Position numbers and translations under genes: made by a program
Notes under the pieces: generated by a model
Seen by the model: the letters and a program-made list of their open reading frames with translations, nothing else
Databases searched by the model: none
What the model was told of the DNA's origin: nothing
From: Vulcanimicrobiota bacterium
GTDB taxonomy: Bacteria; Vulcanimicrobiota; Vulcanimicrobiia; Vulcanimicrobiales; Vulcanimicrobiaceae
Direction of reading: 5' to 3'
NCBI GenBank assembly: GCA_963786105.1
Contig: CAWAXX010000017.1
Location: 64,001-128,000 of the forward strand
Length of the DNA: 64,000 nt
In this document: positions 48,300-59,455 of the stretch, one piece after another
Layout of the letters: the number at the start of each line of letters is the position of its first letter
Numbering within the stretch: position 1 is the first letter of the stretch

Positions 48300-49258
48300 C
48301 CCGGCGGTTGCGGGTAGCCTGGCTGCGGCGGATAGCCTTGCTGCGGCGGATAGCCTTGCTGCGGCGGATAGCCTTGCTGCGGCGGATAGCCTTGCTGCGG
48401 CGGATAGCCTTGCTGCGGCGGATAGCCTCGCTGCGGCGGATAGCCTTGCTGCGGCGGATAGTTTTGCTGCGGCGAGGGCGTGGCCAGCGGCGTTCCTTGC
48501 GATTCGTCCGCACTGAAACGGCCGAATGTCGCAGGGTCGCTGTGAAAGAGATTCTCCAGGTCGGAAACGCGATGGTCGTCACGCGGGTGATCCGACAGCA
48601 TTTCGAGCGAGCCGTGTTGCTTCGATTGGAAATGTTCGAACAGCCAAACTAATCCGTACGGATTGTAACCGGCTTGAGCGCAGGTATACGCGCCGGTACG
48701 GTCGGCGTTCGACTCGACCGTGCGCGAAAACGTCATTGCTTGCGCGCCGGCTCCGAGACCCACCGCCATCTGTCCGAGAATGTTATTCCCCACTAACATG
48801 CCGAGCACGCTCGCCGCGGTTTGCAGGCCCTGATCCTTGTGGGCATTGTTGTAGACGTCGTGATGGATATCGTGCGAAACCTCGTGACAAAGCACGCCGG
48901 CGAGTTCGTCCTGGTTCTTGGCAAACGTCATCATGGCGGTCGTCACGTAGACGTTTCCGCCCGGAACTGCAAACGCGTTCGGCGACTGCTCGTTGACCAA
49001 GATGAAGTGAAAAGGCGCGAAGTACTGCGGACCCGCTACGTCGGCGATTCGGGTTGCGATCGGGTTGAGCACGCTGTAGTACGGTGACGACTGCACGATT
49101 TCGCCGCGCTGGGCCAGTTGCATGAACTGCTGGCTTCCGGCTTGCATCTCCCACTGTTCCTGCTGCGGATCGCCGGCCGCCACCGCGCCGGTGCCGGACG
49201 TCACGAATACCGCCATCGACAAAGCGGCAAGAGCCCGCCCGGCAAGAGTGGTCGTCAT
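48296..49258 (-). CDS. M48 family zinc metallopeptidase with (YPPQQG)n tail
   Basis: NAFAVPGG, ELAGVLCHEVSH, FSR..E..AD, SDHP. Confidence 0.9.
   Translation of the reverse strand: MTTTLAGRALAALSMAVFVTSGTGAVAAGDPQQEQWEMQAGSQQFMQLAQRGEIVQSSPYYSVLNPIATRIADVAGPQYFAPFHFILVNEQSPNAFAVPGGNVYVTTAMMTFAKNQDELAGVLCHEVSHDIHHDVYNNAHKDQGLQTAASVLGMLVGNNILGQMAVGLGAGAQAMTFSRTVESNADRTGAYTCAQAGYNPYGLVWLFEHFQSKQHGSLEMLSDHPRDDHRVSDLENLFHSDPATFGRFSADESQGTPLATPSPQQNYPPQQGYPPQRGYPPQQGYPPQQGYPPQQGYPPQQGYPPQQGYPPQPGYPQPPG
48309..48472 (-). repeat. 18-bp coding tandem repeat, about 9 units (YPPQQG)
   Basis: Plus-strand unit CTGCGGCGGATAGCCTTG. Confidence 0.95.
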
Positions 49259-49343
49259 GCGCCCATTGTAAGCCAAGCCGCGCGCGTCACGGCGGCGTAC
49301 CCGTCCGGAAAAGGCTAAAAATCGATGAGAAAGGCCCGCGAGG

Positions 49344-49718
49344 CTACACCACGGCTTTGCGTTTGTGCAGGACGACGCTGTTGCCTTCGGTGTCCGCGAT
49401 CATGGCCATGAAGCAGACGCCGGTTTCGTGCTCCATCAGCACCGGAATATTGCGCGCCTTTACCGCGGAAACGGCCGCCTCGAGATCGTCGACCGCGAAC
49501 AGAATGCCGTTGCTGGGCTGAAAGGGGATCATGTCGCCTCCGCCCCACAGCCCGAAGGCGGTTCCGTCGGCGAATTCGTATTCGGCGCCTTGATTGTTGG
49601 GATAGACCATGGTCGGTTCGAGCCCAAGCACGTCGCGGTAGAACGCGATCGCGCGCGCCGCATCTTTTACCATGTACGCGCTGAGGTCCATGCCGGTGAC
49701 CTTGAATGACTGTTGCAT
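49344..49718 (-). CDS. VOC/glyoxalase family protein
   Basis: V.D..RA..FY..VLGL, FAVDDL, DTEGN...LH. Confidence 0.88.
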   Translation of the reverse strand: MQQSFKVTGMDLSAYMVKDAARAIAFYRDVLGLEPTMVYPNNQGAEYEFADGTAFGLWGGGDMIPFQPSNGILFAVDDLEAAVSAVKARNIPVLMEHETGVCFMAMIADTEGNSVVLHKRKAVV

Positions 49719-49806
49719 AGCGGCCACCATTCACGCTTGGAGGGAGCGCTCCTCGTCCGCTCGGAGCGCATGAATTGCCGAACGGTCGGCCGAACCCGCT
49801 CGGCCG

Positions 49807-50688
49807 ATGGCGATCGCGCGGACGCTGTTGTGGATTGCGGCGCTTGCCGGCTGTGCGTTCGGCGGTACGCCCGTACGCGCGTTGGCCCAAGCACCCGCAC
49901 CATCGCCATCTCCGAGCGCGTCGCCGGCAGATCCGTGCGGCGGCCACGGGCGCCTGCTCGCAACGGCCAACCGTCCGACCGTCGGCTACAGTACGTGTGC
50001 CGTCCAAGCGCAGACCGCCGTGTTCGAGTTGGGGTATCAGAATCAAGTTACCGGCACTGCCGCGGCGGGTTCGGTCCAGAGTCAAGTCCCGCAAAACTTT
50101 CTACGACTGGGTATCGTTCCGCACGTCGAGTTCGACGTCATCGGACCGAACTACGTGGGCACGCGCAGCTACGCGGACGGGACGCCCGGCGCGGTTACCC
50201 ACGGCGTCACCGATTCCGGCCTCGGCCTCAAGTTCCAGCTTCCGACGTACGGACGGCTCACGATTGCCTTCGACGCACTCGACACGCCGCCGAACGGCTC
50301 GCCCTTCCTCACCGCGGGCAACGCGACGTTAACGGGAAATTTCGACGCGAGTTATGCGCTCAGCCCGGCGACCAGCATCGGGACGACGATCGCCGTCGCC
50401 GCAACCGGGGGATACACTCCGGAAAACGTGCACCAGCGATACGGCGTAACGACGCCGTCGCTCGTGTTGACCACGCAAATTCCTAAGTTCTATCAATTCT
50501 ACGCCGAATACGTGTACGTTTCGAAGATCGCAGCGAACCTGGGCGGTCGCGCCTTCATCGATGCGGGCATCCAAAAGCTCCTCGGAACGCGAACCGAAGT
50601 GGACGTCGAGTACGGCCACTCGCTCATCGGCGACCCAGGCTTAACGTTCAGCTACGTCGGCGCGGGTCTGGTCATTCAGCTGCGATAA
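49807..50688 (+). CDS. Outer-membrane beta-barrel/transporter-like protein
   Basis: Signal peptide, NRPT motif, D.GLG.K, C-terminal alternating beta-strand. Confidence 0.65.
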   Translation: MAIARTLLWIAALAGCAFGGTPVRALAQAPAPSPSPSASPADPCGGHGRLLATANRPTVGYSTCAVQAQTAVFELGYQNQVTGTAAAGSVQSQVPQNFLRLGIVPHVEFDVIGPNYVGTRSYADGTPGAVTHGVTDSGLGLKFQLPTYGRLTIAFDALDTPPNGSPFLTAGNATLTGNFDASYALSPATSIGTTIAVAATGGYTPENVHQRYGVTTPSLVLTTQIPKFYQFYAEYVYVSKIAANLGGRAFIDAGIQKLLGTRTEVDVEYGHSLIGDPGLTFSYVGAGLVIQLR

Positions 50689-50717
50689 TAGCGCCCCTCA
50701 GACCGCACGCGGGCGAA

Positions 50718-52826
50718 TCAGTGCACCAGGAAGCCGACGAGCAACAGGGCGACGATGTTGAGCACCTTGATCATCGGATTGATCGCGGGGCCGGCCGTGT
50801 CTTTGTAGGGATCGCCCACGGTGTCGCCGGTGACGGCCGCTTGGTGCGCGATCGAACCCTTACCGCCGTAGTGACCGTCTTCGATGTACTTCTTCGCATT
50901 GTCCCAGGCGCCGCCCCCGGTCGTCATCGAGATGGCTACGAACAATCCGGTGACGATGGAGCCGACCAGGATGCCGCCCATCACCTGCGCTCCGGTCGTA
51001 CCGGGAAGAACGTTGAAGTACGAGAGCAGCACGACGATGATCGGAACGCCGACTGGAATGAGCGCGGGAAGGATCATCTCCTTGAGCGCGCGTTGTGTCA
51101 CGATATCAACGGTAGTGGCATAATTCGGCTTGGACGTTCCGGCCATGATGCCCGGATTTTCACGGAACTGGCGGCGCACTTCTTCGACGACGGCGCCACC
51201 CGCGCTGCCGACCGCCTTCATCGAAAGCGATGCGAACAGATACGGCAGCAGGCCGCCGATGAACAACCCGCACAGAACGTACGGATCGCCGATCGCGAAC
51301 AAATTCCTCACCGACTCGACGCATCCGCCGACGTCGCCGCCCGGACACTTGTACTTGATCAGCTCCTTTGAGAACGCGGCGAAGAGCACGACTGCCGCCA
51401 ACGCGGCCGAACCGATGGCGTAGCCCTTAGTGACGGCCTTGGTCGTGTTCCCGACGGCGTCGAGCGGATCGGTGACGTTGCGCACGTCCTCGGGCATGTC
51501 CGCCATTTCGGCTATGCCGCCCGCATTATCGGTGATTGGTCCGAACGAGTCGATCGCGACGACGATGCCCGCGAGCGACAGCATCGACATCACCGCGATG
51601 CCGACGCCGTAGATGCCGGCAAAGCCAAAGCTCACCAATATTCCGATCACGATCACAATAGCCGGGCCGGCCGTGCCTTCCATCGAGACGGCGAGACCGG
51701 CAATGATGTTAGTGGCGTGACCGGTGACCGACGCTTTCGCGATGTCGCGAACGGGCCTAAACTGCGAGCCGGTATAGTATTCGGTGATCAACGTGATGGC
51801 GGCCGTGATGACGACGCCGACCAAGGCGCAGACGAAAACTGCCACCGGCGTGATGCCGGTGGCGTTGGCGAACGTCTGATTCGCAGCGAACCAGAAGCCG
51901 ATGAGTGCGAGAACGCTGGCGATCGCCATGCCGAGGTACAGCGCGCCCATGATCCGGCCCTTGTCGACTTTGCCGATGCCGACGAAGAGCGTTCCAATGA
52001 TGGAGGCGACGATCGACAACGCGCCCAGCACGAGCGGGAAGGTCGTCGCACTCGGAACGCTGCTGCCGAAGATCAAGTTCCCGAGCAGCATCGCGGCAAC
52101 GGTCGTAACGCAGTACGTCTCGAAAAGATCGGCCGCCATACCGGCGCAGTCGCCGACGTTGTCGCCGACGTTGTCGGCGATGACGGCCGGATTGCGCGGA
52201 TCGTCTTCGGGAATGCCGGCTTCGACCTTACCAACCAAATCCGCGCCGACATCGGCGGCCTTCGTATATATCCCGCCACCCAGACGCGCGAAGACCGAGA
52301 TCAGCGAGCACCCGAACGCGAGCCCGACCATCGCGTTGAGCGACGTCGTGGCGTCTCCGTCGTTGACTTTCAGCAAGATCCCGTAATAACCCGAAACGGC
52401 CAACAACCCCAAACCCACGACCAGCATCCCGGTCACGGTGCCGCCGCGGAACGCGACGTTCAACGCCGGTTTCAGGCCGCCGCGGGCGGCTTCGGCGGTG
52501 CGAACGTTGGCCCGCACCGACACGATCATCCCAATGAATCCGGCCGCTCCCGAAAGAACTGCCCCGATCAAAAATCCGATCGCGGCTTCCTTGCCTAACG
52601 TCGGCGCAAACAGAATCACGATCGCAAGTACCACCGCGACGATGCCGATGGTGAAATACTGACGCTGCAGGAAGGCCATCGCGCCTTCCTGGATGGCGGC
52701 GGCGATCTCTTTCATCCGGTCGTTCCCGGCGGGCTGCGCCAGCACCCAAAACGTCAGGGCAATTCCGTAAACTACGGCGAGGGCGCCACCGATTAAACCG
52801 GCTCCGATCGCGGTCTGTGCGGTCAT
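50718..52826 (-). CDS. hppA: Membrane-bound H+-translocating pyrophosphatase, K+-independent signature
   Basis: [49 protein letters not shown]. Confidence 0.95.
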   Translation of the reverse strand: MTAQTAIGAGLIGGALAVVYGIALTFWVLAQPAGNDRMKEIAAAIQEGAMAFLQRQYFTIGIVAVVLAIVILFAPTLGKEAAIGFLIGAVLSGAAGFIGMIVSVRANVRTAEAARGGLKPALNVAFRGGTVTGMLVVGLGLLAVSGYYGILLKVNDGDATTSLNAMVGLAFGCSLISVFARLGGGIYTKAADVGADLVGKVEAGIPEDDPRNPAVIADNVGDNVGDCAGMAADLFETYCVTTVAAMLLGNLIFGSSVPSATTFPLVLGALSIVASIIGTLFVGIGKVDKGRIMGALYLGMAIASVLALIGFWFAANQTFANATGITPVAVFVCALVGVVITAAITLITEYYTGSQFRPVRDIAKASVTGHATNIIAGLAVSMEGTAGPAIVIVIGILVSFGFAGIYGVGIAVMSMLSLAGIVVAIDSFGPITDNAGGIAEMADMPEDVRNVTDPLDAVGNTTKAVTKGYAIGSAALAAVVLFAAFSKELIKYKCPGGDVGGCVESVRNLFAIGDPYVLCGLFIGGLLPYLFASLSMKAVGSAGGAVVEEVRRQFRENPGIMAGTSKPNYATTVDIVTQRALKEMILPALIPVGVPIIVVLLSYFNVLPGTTGAQVMGGILVGSIVTGLFVAISMTTGGGAWDNAKKYIEDGHYGGKGSIAHQAAVTGDTVGDPYKDTAGPAINPMIKVLNIVALLLVGFLVH

Positions 52827-52951
52827 TCCAATCCTTATTCAGCAGGGCAGTAGAAAGGAGGCCCGCTAGCGGGCCCGCCGTTTTGCCTACTGCGGGGTCC
52901 CGATGGAGTCCTCTAAGGGAACCCGAGCAAGGGCTTGATGCGTCGCCGGAG

Positions 52952-53890
52952 TCAGGGGCTAACCGCTGCCGCGATGGGCGCGGTGAGGCCCGAAATCGTT
53001 TTTACGGACGAGCCGCCGCCGGGGTACTTGTAGAAGCGCACCTTGCCGCCGATGTAGTCGGGCGCGATGACTAGCGAGCCCTGTATCCAAAACTGATCGA
53101 CGTACAGCGAACCCTTGAGCGGCGTGGAACCGACCTTCGTTCCCTTTCCGCCGCTCATCTTGAAACGGTAGATCACGGCGGCATTGACGTCGCCGACCGC
53201 CAGGTTCGTACCGTCCCACTGAACGCCACCGGCGGTGGCGATGGCCTGATTCAACGTGATGGATTGGATTTTGCTTCCGCCCTTGGGAAGTTCGCCGAAC
53301 ACGACCGCGTGTTTCCCGGTATAGCCATCGAAAAAGAGATTGCCCGCACCATCGTATCCGCAATAGGACATGTGCGGAATGCTCGCATCATAAAAGACTT
53401 TCGGCTTGCCTGCGGCGTGCGCGTAGATCGCGAGCGCGCCGTGACCGTTCGAGCCCGTATAGCTGGTGACGGCGAGGTTACCGGTCGCCGGATCGACGGC
53501 ACAGCCCAGGGGGTCGTAGCCGGGATCGGTTATCGTGCGGACGGGCTTCGTGCCGCCATGTGCGTACACGAGAATCGTCGACTTATTCGAGTTCGCGATA
53601 AAAACGTTGCCCGATTTGCTGACGCATTCGCCCGCCGGTTGTGCGATCGCGAGCGTGCCGGCAGGGTTTCCTTGCGGATAGGAATACACCGCGACCTCTC
53701 GGTTGGGTTGGTCGGAAACGTAGAGGAGCGCGGTGGTGCTCGGCCCCATCGAGAACGGTATCGGTGCGTTCGGTTGCGTCCACGATGCCGGCTCCAGGCT
53801 GGATCCGCGGTAACCGCTGCAGGCCGTTAACAAGCCAAGCGTCGCGCAAACTCCGAAAGCGCAGCGACCAAGAGTCCCCAACGTCGTCAT
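52952..53890 (-). CDS. Secreted beta-propeller lipoprotein (third member of 'LLYVSD' family)
   Basis: Lipobox LTAC; LLYVSD, CAVDP.TGNLAV, CGYD, QWDG, QFWI. Confidence 0.75.
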   Translation of the reverse strand: MTTLGTLGRCAFGVCATLGLLTACSGYRGSSLEPASWTQPNAPIPFSMGPSTTALLYVSDQPNREVAVYSYPQGNPAGTLAIAQPAGECVSKSGNVFIANSNKSTILVYAHGGTKPVRTITDPGYDPLGCAVDPATGNLAVTSYTGSNGHGALAIYAHAAGKPKVFYDASIPHMSYCGYDGAGNLFFDGYTGKHAVVFGELPKGGSKIQSITLNQAIATAGGVQWDGTNLAVGDVNAAVIYRFKMSGGKGTKVGSTPLKGSLYVDQFWIQGSLVIAPDYIGGKVRFYKYPGGGSSVKTISGLTAPIAAAVSP

Positions 53891-53974
53891 GCCGGTTGGC
53901 TTTTTTCTCGAGCCTGCGATTGCCTCTGTTTACACGGGAGCAATTCGTTCGCGCAGCCGAGAAAATAGCGAACC

Positions 53975-55198
53975 GTGGAAGCCGTGGACTTGCTCGTGGT
54001 CGGATGCGGGCCCGCCGGCGCGACCGCCGCCCGCGAAGCGGCGCGTGCCGGCTTGGAGACCGTGGTCCTCGAGAAGGACGCCGTCGTCGGCGCGAAGCGC
54101 GTCTGCGCCGCCGGGTTGCGTCCGGGCTTCTGCGATACCTTCGACTTGCCCACCGATATCCTGCACTGCGTCACGCCGCGCATCGCCCTTTTCGATATCG
54201 AAGGCGTCGAGCACGAGTTTCTCTTCGGGCCCGGACACACGAGCACGCGCGAAGAGCTCGACGGAACCATGGGACGGCTCGCCCGCGACGAAGGCGCGCA
54301 GATTCGAACGCAGGCTCTGTTTCGCAGTATTGAAAGCGACGGTGCCGGCAAACGCGCGATCGTCGAGTACGCCGATCTGATCGCCGGCGAACGGCGACGG
54401 GTGGCGGCACGGAACGTCTTTCTCGCTCCCGGCGCGACGGTGAACGTCGAGAACGTTCGGGCGGGCGGCGACTGCGCGCCGAACCGCTTAGCGTTTCCGC
54501 GATGGCGCGACGGCTTGATTACGACGCTGCAGTACCGGGTGTATCTCGACGGAAAAGCGGTTGAGATTGCCTATCGCACGCTTGAGTTGCACTACTATCT
54601 CACGCAAAGCGGCCGGCAAATCGTGTCGTGGATGTTTCCCAAGCGCGACCACCTGGCCATCGGTTTGGGTGTGATGGGAAAAATTGACGGCGCGAGCCTG
54701 CGCGTCGAACTCGACGCCTTTACGGAACGCGTTTGCCGGCGGCTTTGCCCCGACGCCGGCATCCGTCACCTGAAGGAAGAAGGGCATCTACTCTACGGTG
54801 GGGTCCCGCGACCGGTCTTTGCCGATGGAAGCGTCTTGCTGGGCGGAACCGCCGCTGGACTGGTCGACGCCACCAACGGCGAGGGCATCTACGAAGCCGC
54901 CATGAGTGGCCGCTTGGCGGCCGAAGCGGTCGCGGCAGAACGCGATAATCCGGTCCGCGCCGCGACACGGTACGCGACCAGCGTAGCGAGCCGTTTTGCG
55001 CGGCGGCTCGCGCACCGCGTGAAGCTCATGCGATTCCTCGAGCGCCGCCCGGCGCGCTTCACCGTGCTCTTCGAACTGCTGGCGCGCAGCCCGCGCTTTG
55101 CCGACGTTCTGCAGAAAGAAGATCTCGAACGAACGCTGGGCGACCGGCTCTACCTCTACTGGCAAGTAGCGCGTTTCGCCGCCCGTTCGGCCTTGTGA
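53975..55198 (+). CDS. Geranylgeranyl-reductase-family FAD oxidoreductase
   Basis: VVGCGPAG, W.FPK, AAGLVD.TNGEGIY.A..SG. Confidence 0.82.
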   Translation: MEAVDLLVVGCGPAGATAAREAARAGLETVVLEKDAVVGAKRVCAAGLRPGFCDTFDLPTDILHCVTPRIALFDIEGVEHEFLFGPGHTSTREELDGTMGRLARDEGAQIRTQALFRSIESDGAGKRAIVEYADLIAGERRRVAARNVFLAPGATVNVENVRAGGDCAPNRLAFPRWRDGLITTLQYRVYLDGKAVEIAYRTLELHYYLTQSGRQIVSWMFPKRDHLAIGLGVMGKIDGASLRVELDAFTERVCRRLCPDAGIRHLKEEGHLLYGGVPRPVFADGSVLLGGTAAGLVDATNGEGIYEAAMSGRLAAEAVAAERDNPVRAATRYATSVASRFARRLAHRVKLMRFLERRPARFTVLFELLARSPRFADVLQKEDLERTLGDRLYLYWQVARFAARSAL

Positions 55199-55241
55199 TA
55201 GCGAACAGGAGTTCGATAATCGACCTGGAAGACGTTCGCCC

Positions 55242-56204
55242 GTGAACTGGTTTGGGCGGCTGCGCGCCTCGCTCGGAAAGGCCCGGGAAGCGTTCTCCGC
55301 GGTCCAAAAGCTGGGCCGCGCCGGAACGCCCCTGACCCCCGAGTTTTGGGACGAGCTCGAGGACACGCTGATTCTGGCCGATTTCGGCGTCCCGACCACG
55401 CAGAAGATCGTCACCGCGCTCCAGACGGTGGCCAAACAGGAAGCCTGGAAAACCTCCGATCAAGTGGTGGCGCGCTTTCGCAAGGACGTCGAACGCTTCC
55501 TGACCCTTCCGGGCTCGCAGCTTCGTCTCGATCGCCGTCCGGCGGTGATGCTGATCGTCGGCGTGAACGGCAGCGGAAAAACGACGACCATCGGAAAGCT
55601 CGCGACCCAGTTGCGCGCGCAGCGGAAACGCGTGTTGCTGGTCGCAGCCGACACCTTTCGCGCTGCGGCCGCCGAGCAGTTAGGAATTTGGGCGGCGCGC
55701 AGCGGCAGCGAACTAATCCGCGGCGCGGAGGGCGCCGACCCGGCTTCGGTGGTCTTCGACGGACTTCGTGCCGGCAAGGCGCGCGACGTCGACGTTATCC
55801 TCATCGACACCGCCGGACGGCTGCAAACCAAGACCAACTTAATGGAAGAGCTCAAGAAAATTCGGCGTGTCGTCGAACGCGAGTTGGGCGAACCGCCGGC
55901 TGAAACGCTTCTCGTGGTGGACGGCACGACCGGTCAGAATGCGATCTCGCAGGCCAAACTCTTCAACGCGACCGCCGAACTCACGGGAATCGTCATTACC
56001 AAACTCGACTCGACGGCTAAGGGCGGGGTGATGGTTGCGATCGTCGACGAGTTGGAGATCCCGGTCAAGTTCGTCGGTCTGGGCGAGACGCCGGACGCTC
56101 TCCGGCCTTTCGTCGCCGGCGAGTTCGTCGATGCGCTGTTCGACGAGACTCCGGATGCCACCCAGTTGGCACCGGCCCGTGCGAGCGTGATAGGCACGAC
56201 GTAA
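55242..56204 (+). CDS. ftsY: SRP receptor FtsY (short, no acidic domain)
   Basis: [32 protein letters not shown]. Confidence 0.97.
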   Translation: MNWFGRLRASLGKAREAFSAVQKLGRAGTPLTPEFWDELEDTLILADFGVPTTQKIVTALQTVAKQEAWKTSDQVVARFRKDVERFLTLPGSQLRLDRRPAVMLIVGVNGSGKTTTIGKLATQLRAQRKRVLLVAADTFRAAAAEQLGIWAARSGSELIRGAEGADPASVVFDGLRAGKARDVDVILIDTAGRLQTKTNLMEELKKIRRVVERELGEPPAETLLVVDGTTGQNAISQAKLFNATAELTGIVITKLDSTAKGGVMVAIVDELEIPVKFVGLGETPDALRPFVAGEFVDALFDETPDATQLAPARASVIGTT

Positions 56205-56230
56205 TCACTCTATTTGAAAAGGGGAAGAGC

Positions 56231-57280
56231 ATGGCAGCACAAGACGAACGGCAACTCGCCCTGAACAGCGCGCTGGCCCAGATCGAGCGGCAGTTCGGCA
56301 AAGGCTCGATTATGCGCATGGGCGATTTTCAGGAGCGCATGGCGTTTGAAGTCATCCCCACCGGGTCGATCGCGCTCGATCTCGCACTCGGGATCGGAGG
56401 TTTGCCGCGCGGGCGCATCGTCGAAATCTACGGTCCGGAGTCGAGCGGCAAAACGACGCTGGCGCTCCACGCCATCGCGGAAGCGCAAAAAATGGGCGGC
56501 ACGGCGGCGTTCGTCGACGTCGAGCACGCACTCGATCCAAGCTACGCGGCCGCACTCGGCGTGGATCTCGAGAACCTTCTCGTTTCACAACCCGACACCG
56601 GCGAACAGGCGCTCGAAATCGCAGAGATGCTGACGCGCAGCAACGCCGTCGACGTCATCGTCGTCGACTCGGTCGCGGCCCTGGTGACTAAAGCGGAGCT
56701 CGAAGGCGATATGGGCGATGCCCACGTCGGCCTGCAAGCGCGCCTTATGTCCCAGGCGTTGCGCAAACTGACCGCCGCGATCTCACGCAGCAAGGCGGTG
56801 ATGATCTTCATTAACCAGCTGCGTGAGAAAGTCGGCGTGATGTTCGGCAATCCCGAGACGACGTCGGGTGGCCGGGCGTTAAAATTCTACGCGTCGGTGC
56901 GCCTCGACGTACGCAAGCTCGAGACGATCAAAGTCGGGCAAGACGTGGTAGGTACCCGCACGCGCGTAAAGGTTGTAAAAAACAAGGTTGCGCCGCCATT
57001 CCGTCAAGCCGAGTTCGACATCACGTATGGCCACGGCATCTCCAGGATGGGTTCGATTCTCGACGTTGCGCTCGAGCAAAACATCGTTGGAAAGAGCGGT
57101 TCGTGGTATACGTACGGCGATCAGCGCATCGGCCAAGGACGTGAAAACGCAAAAGCCTTCTTGGAAGAACACTCCGACATGGCCGGCGAGATCGAAACGA
57201 AAATTCGCGAAGCACTTGGAAAGACCACGTCGAAGAATGGGGCGGTAGTCGTAGGAGCCGCAACGCCCGGAGAGCAGTGA
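56231..57280 (+). CDS. recA: Recombinase RecA
   Basis: [32 protein letters not shown]. Confidence 0.99.
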   Translation: MAAQDERQLALNSALAQIERQFGKGSIMRMGDFQERMAFEVIPTGSIALDLALGIGGLPRGRIVEIYGPESSGKTTLALHAIAEAQKMGGTAAFVDVEHALDPSYAAALGVDLENLLVSQPDTGEQALEIAEMLTRSNAVDVIVVDSVAALVTKAELEGDMGDAHVGLQARLMSQALRKLTAAISRSKAVMIFINQLREKVGVMFGNPETTSGGRALKFYASVRLDVRKLETIKVGQDVVGTRTRVKVVKNKVAPPFRQAEFDITYGHGISRMGSILDVALEQNIVGKSGSWYTYGDQRIGQGRENAKAFLEEHSDMAGEIETKIREALGKTTSKNGAVVVGAATPGEQ

Positions 57281-57296
57281 TTCGTTCCAGTTCGAG

Positions 57297-57770
57297 GTGA
57301 CGAGGGTCGAAGTGGAAGCGTACGCGTGTGCGTTGAGAATGCTGGCGCGGCAGCGTCTTACCGAGGCGCAACTCTGGCAACGTCTCGATCGAAAGGGGTA
57401 CGGAGACGAGTCGATCCGTAACGCCGTCGAGCGTTCGAAGCGCGACGGCTTCGTCGACGACCGGCTCTACGCAAGGCTCTACGTCGAAGGAAAGCGTAAA
57501 GCCGTCGGTGATGCTCGTCTCGTCGGTGACTTGATTCGACGAGGCGTCGATCGCGAGGCGGCCGCACAGGCGGTGCGCGATCTCGAATGCGGCGAACACG
57601 AACGCTGCATCGCCGCATTTAGATCGGTTACCGCAAAGGCGCCGGCAATCGGCTACGCCTCGGCCGCACGCCGGCTAGAGCGACTCGGCTTCCCTGCGCC
57701 AACGATCTACCGCGTGCTCCGCGGTCATGCTGCGACGTTTGGCCCATTTGCCGGCATGCACGTCGAATAA
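57297..57770 (+). CDS. recX: Regulatory protein RecX
   Basis: Follows recA; AL..LA.....E..L..RL.RKGY, GFVDD..YA, L.RLGF. Confidence 0.85.
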   Translation: MTRVEVEAYACALRMLARQRLTEAQLWQRLDRKGYGDESIRNAVERSKRDGFVDDRLYARLYVEGKRKAVGDARLVGDLIRRGVDREAAAQAVRDLECGEHERCIAAFRSVTAKAPAIGYASAARRLERLGFPAPTIYRVLRGHAATFGPFAGMHVE

Positions 57771-57819
57771 TCGCCTGCAGCGCTGAAGGCTCGACCTGGC
57801 AAAGTTCGAACAAGGCGGC

Positions 57820-58278
57820 ATGATTGGAGTTCTGCGAAGATTTATCGTTGGTGCCGCCGTCGTCGCAATCGCCGGCTGCAGCGCGAACCAGCCGCCCAAG
57901 TGGACGTTGTGGTACATCCCCAACGAGCCGAAGGGCGGCGTCACGCTGGCGAAGCTGTGCCACACGTTTATTTTTGCGAGCGCCCCGGAACCCAAGACGT
58001 TTCGCGTGGCCGTGGTGAAGCAACTTTCCGGGGGCAGAATCGGAGAACAGCAAGCCTACCTTCAGGCCGGCGATGCGTTTAGCGGTCCCCTCGAACTGGG
58101 CCCGGCTAGCATTCACGACGAAAGCACCGGTTACGACTTGAACGTCGACGTGGTCTACAAGATCGATGCCTACGTCGCCGCCAAGGCACGGGCCGACGCC
58201 GATTGTCCGCCAATCAAACACGTACCGCTCGTTCGAGCATCGCCAAGTCCGTCGTCACCGGCTCCTTCGCGCACATAG
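57820..58278 (+). CDS. Hypothetical lipoprotein
   Basis: Lipobox IAGC. Confidence 0.55.
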   Translation: MIGVLRRFIVGAAVVAIAGCSANQPPKWTLWYIPNEPKGGVTLAKLCHTFIFASAPEPKTFRVAVVKQLSGGRIGEQQAYLQAGDAFSGPLELGPASIHDESTGYDLNVDVVYKIDAYVAAKARADADCPPIKHVPLVRASPSPSSPAPSRT

Positions 58279-58299
58279 GGTCGGGTTCTCCGAGCGCCG

Positions 58300-58743
58300 A
58301 TGGACGGTTTGGCCTTCATTCACGGGCTCGTTTGGACGTCGCCGATGCCGATGGCCCGGCTGTTTGGTTTCGAGTTAGTCGAGGCCGCACGGGGGGCCGT
58401 TCTGGCAAGGGCGCTGCCAACCGCGAAACACGCGAACCCGCTCGGCGTAACGCAAGGCGGCTTCGCGGGAACGGTCCTCGACATGACGCTGGGCCTGGTG
58501 TCAATTTCAATGCTCGATGGGGACGCCGACGGCGTCGCGACGGTCGATTTGAGCATCCGATACTTTCGATCTATCGGCGAATCGACCGGAATCATGGAAA
58601 TCCGCGGCGAGATTCTGCATAGCGGGCGCACGACAGTCGTGGCGGAAGCGAAACTTTTCGACTCGGCCGGAAAGTTGCATGCATCGGCACAGTCGACGAG
58701 CATCGTTATTCGCGGACGGGCTGAAGCTCGCTTTGAACCCTAA
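58300..58743 (+). CDS. PaaI family thioesterase
   Basis: NPLGVTQGG...LD, TVDLSIRY, GRT. Confidence 0.85.
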   Translation: MDGLAFIHGLVWTSPMPMARLFGFELVEAARGAVLARALPTAKHANPLGVTQGGFAGTVLDMTLGLVSISMLDGDADGVATVDLSIRYFRSIGESTGIMEIRGEILHSGRTTVVAEAKLFDSAGKLHASAQSTSIVIRGRAEARFEP

Positions 58744-58760
58744 GGGGCACTCATCGCGGT

Positions 58761-59450
58761 ATGCCCGTGCAAACCATCGTCGTCGCCGAAGACGACGCCG
58801 CAATCCGCGACCTTCTCACGCATCACCTCGAGCGTGAGGGATTCGCGGTCGTGGGGGTAGCCGACGGCCAAACGGCGTTGCGGCGGTCGCGAGGCGTCGC
58901 CGACCTCGTGGTTCTCGACGTTGGTTTGCCGGGCATCGACGGCTTCGACGTTGCGCGTACGCTGCGCCGCGAGCGGCACGCGGTACCGATCGTGATGGTA
59001 ACCGCTCGGGCAGACGAGATTGACCGGGTCGTTGGGTTCGAACTGGGAGCCGACGACTACGTGTGCAAGCCGTTCTCACCACGCGAACTGGTCGCGCGCG
59101 TTAAAGCGATTCTTCGAAGATGCGGTACTCCGGTCACGCGCGAACGTCCGACGTTAGCCTTCGGCCGGCTCGAAATCGACGAGCGGGCTCGAGAAGCACG
59201 CGTGGATGGCAGCGACGTTCGTCTCAAACCGCGGGAGTTCGCATTGCTCATGGAGTTGGCCAGCAATCCAGGGGTCGCGCTGTCGCGCGAGCGGCTTCTG
59301 CAGAAAGTTTGGGGATTCGATTTCAACGGTGACGAGCGTACGGTTGACGTTCACGTTCATCGCTTGCGCTTAAAGATCGAAGCGACGTGGCAATTGCCGC
59401 CGCTCGTTCGCACGGTGCACGGATTCGGTTACAAGTTCCAGCGCCCGTAG
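58761..59450 (+). CDS. OmpR/PhoB family response regulator
   Basis: EDD, LDVGLP, GADDY.KPF, RTVDVH, TVHGFGY. Confidence 0.95.
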   Translation: MPVQTIVVAEDDAAIRDLLTHHLEREGFAVVGVADGQTALRRSRGVADLVVLDVGLPGIDGFDVARTLRRERHAVPIVMVTARADEIDRVVGFELGADDYVCKPFSPRELVARVKAILRRCGTPVTRERPTLAFGRLEIDERAREARVDGSDVRLKPREFALLMELASNPGVALSRERLLQKVWGFDFNGDERTVDVHVHRLRLKIEATWQLPPLVRTVHGFGYKFQRP

Positions 59451-59455
59451 TTCCG

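Noticed and set aside
48309..48472. Regular repeats as a CRISPR array
   Set aside because: Head-to-tail 18-bp coding units with no spacers and no cas genes
52895..52925. GATGGAGTCC as a fluoride riboswitch near hppA
   Set aside because: Wrong strand for hppA and no P1 pairing
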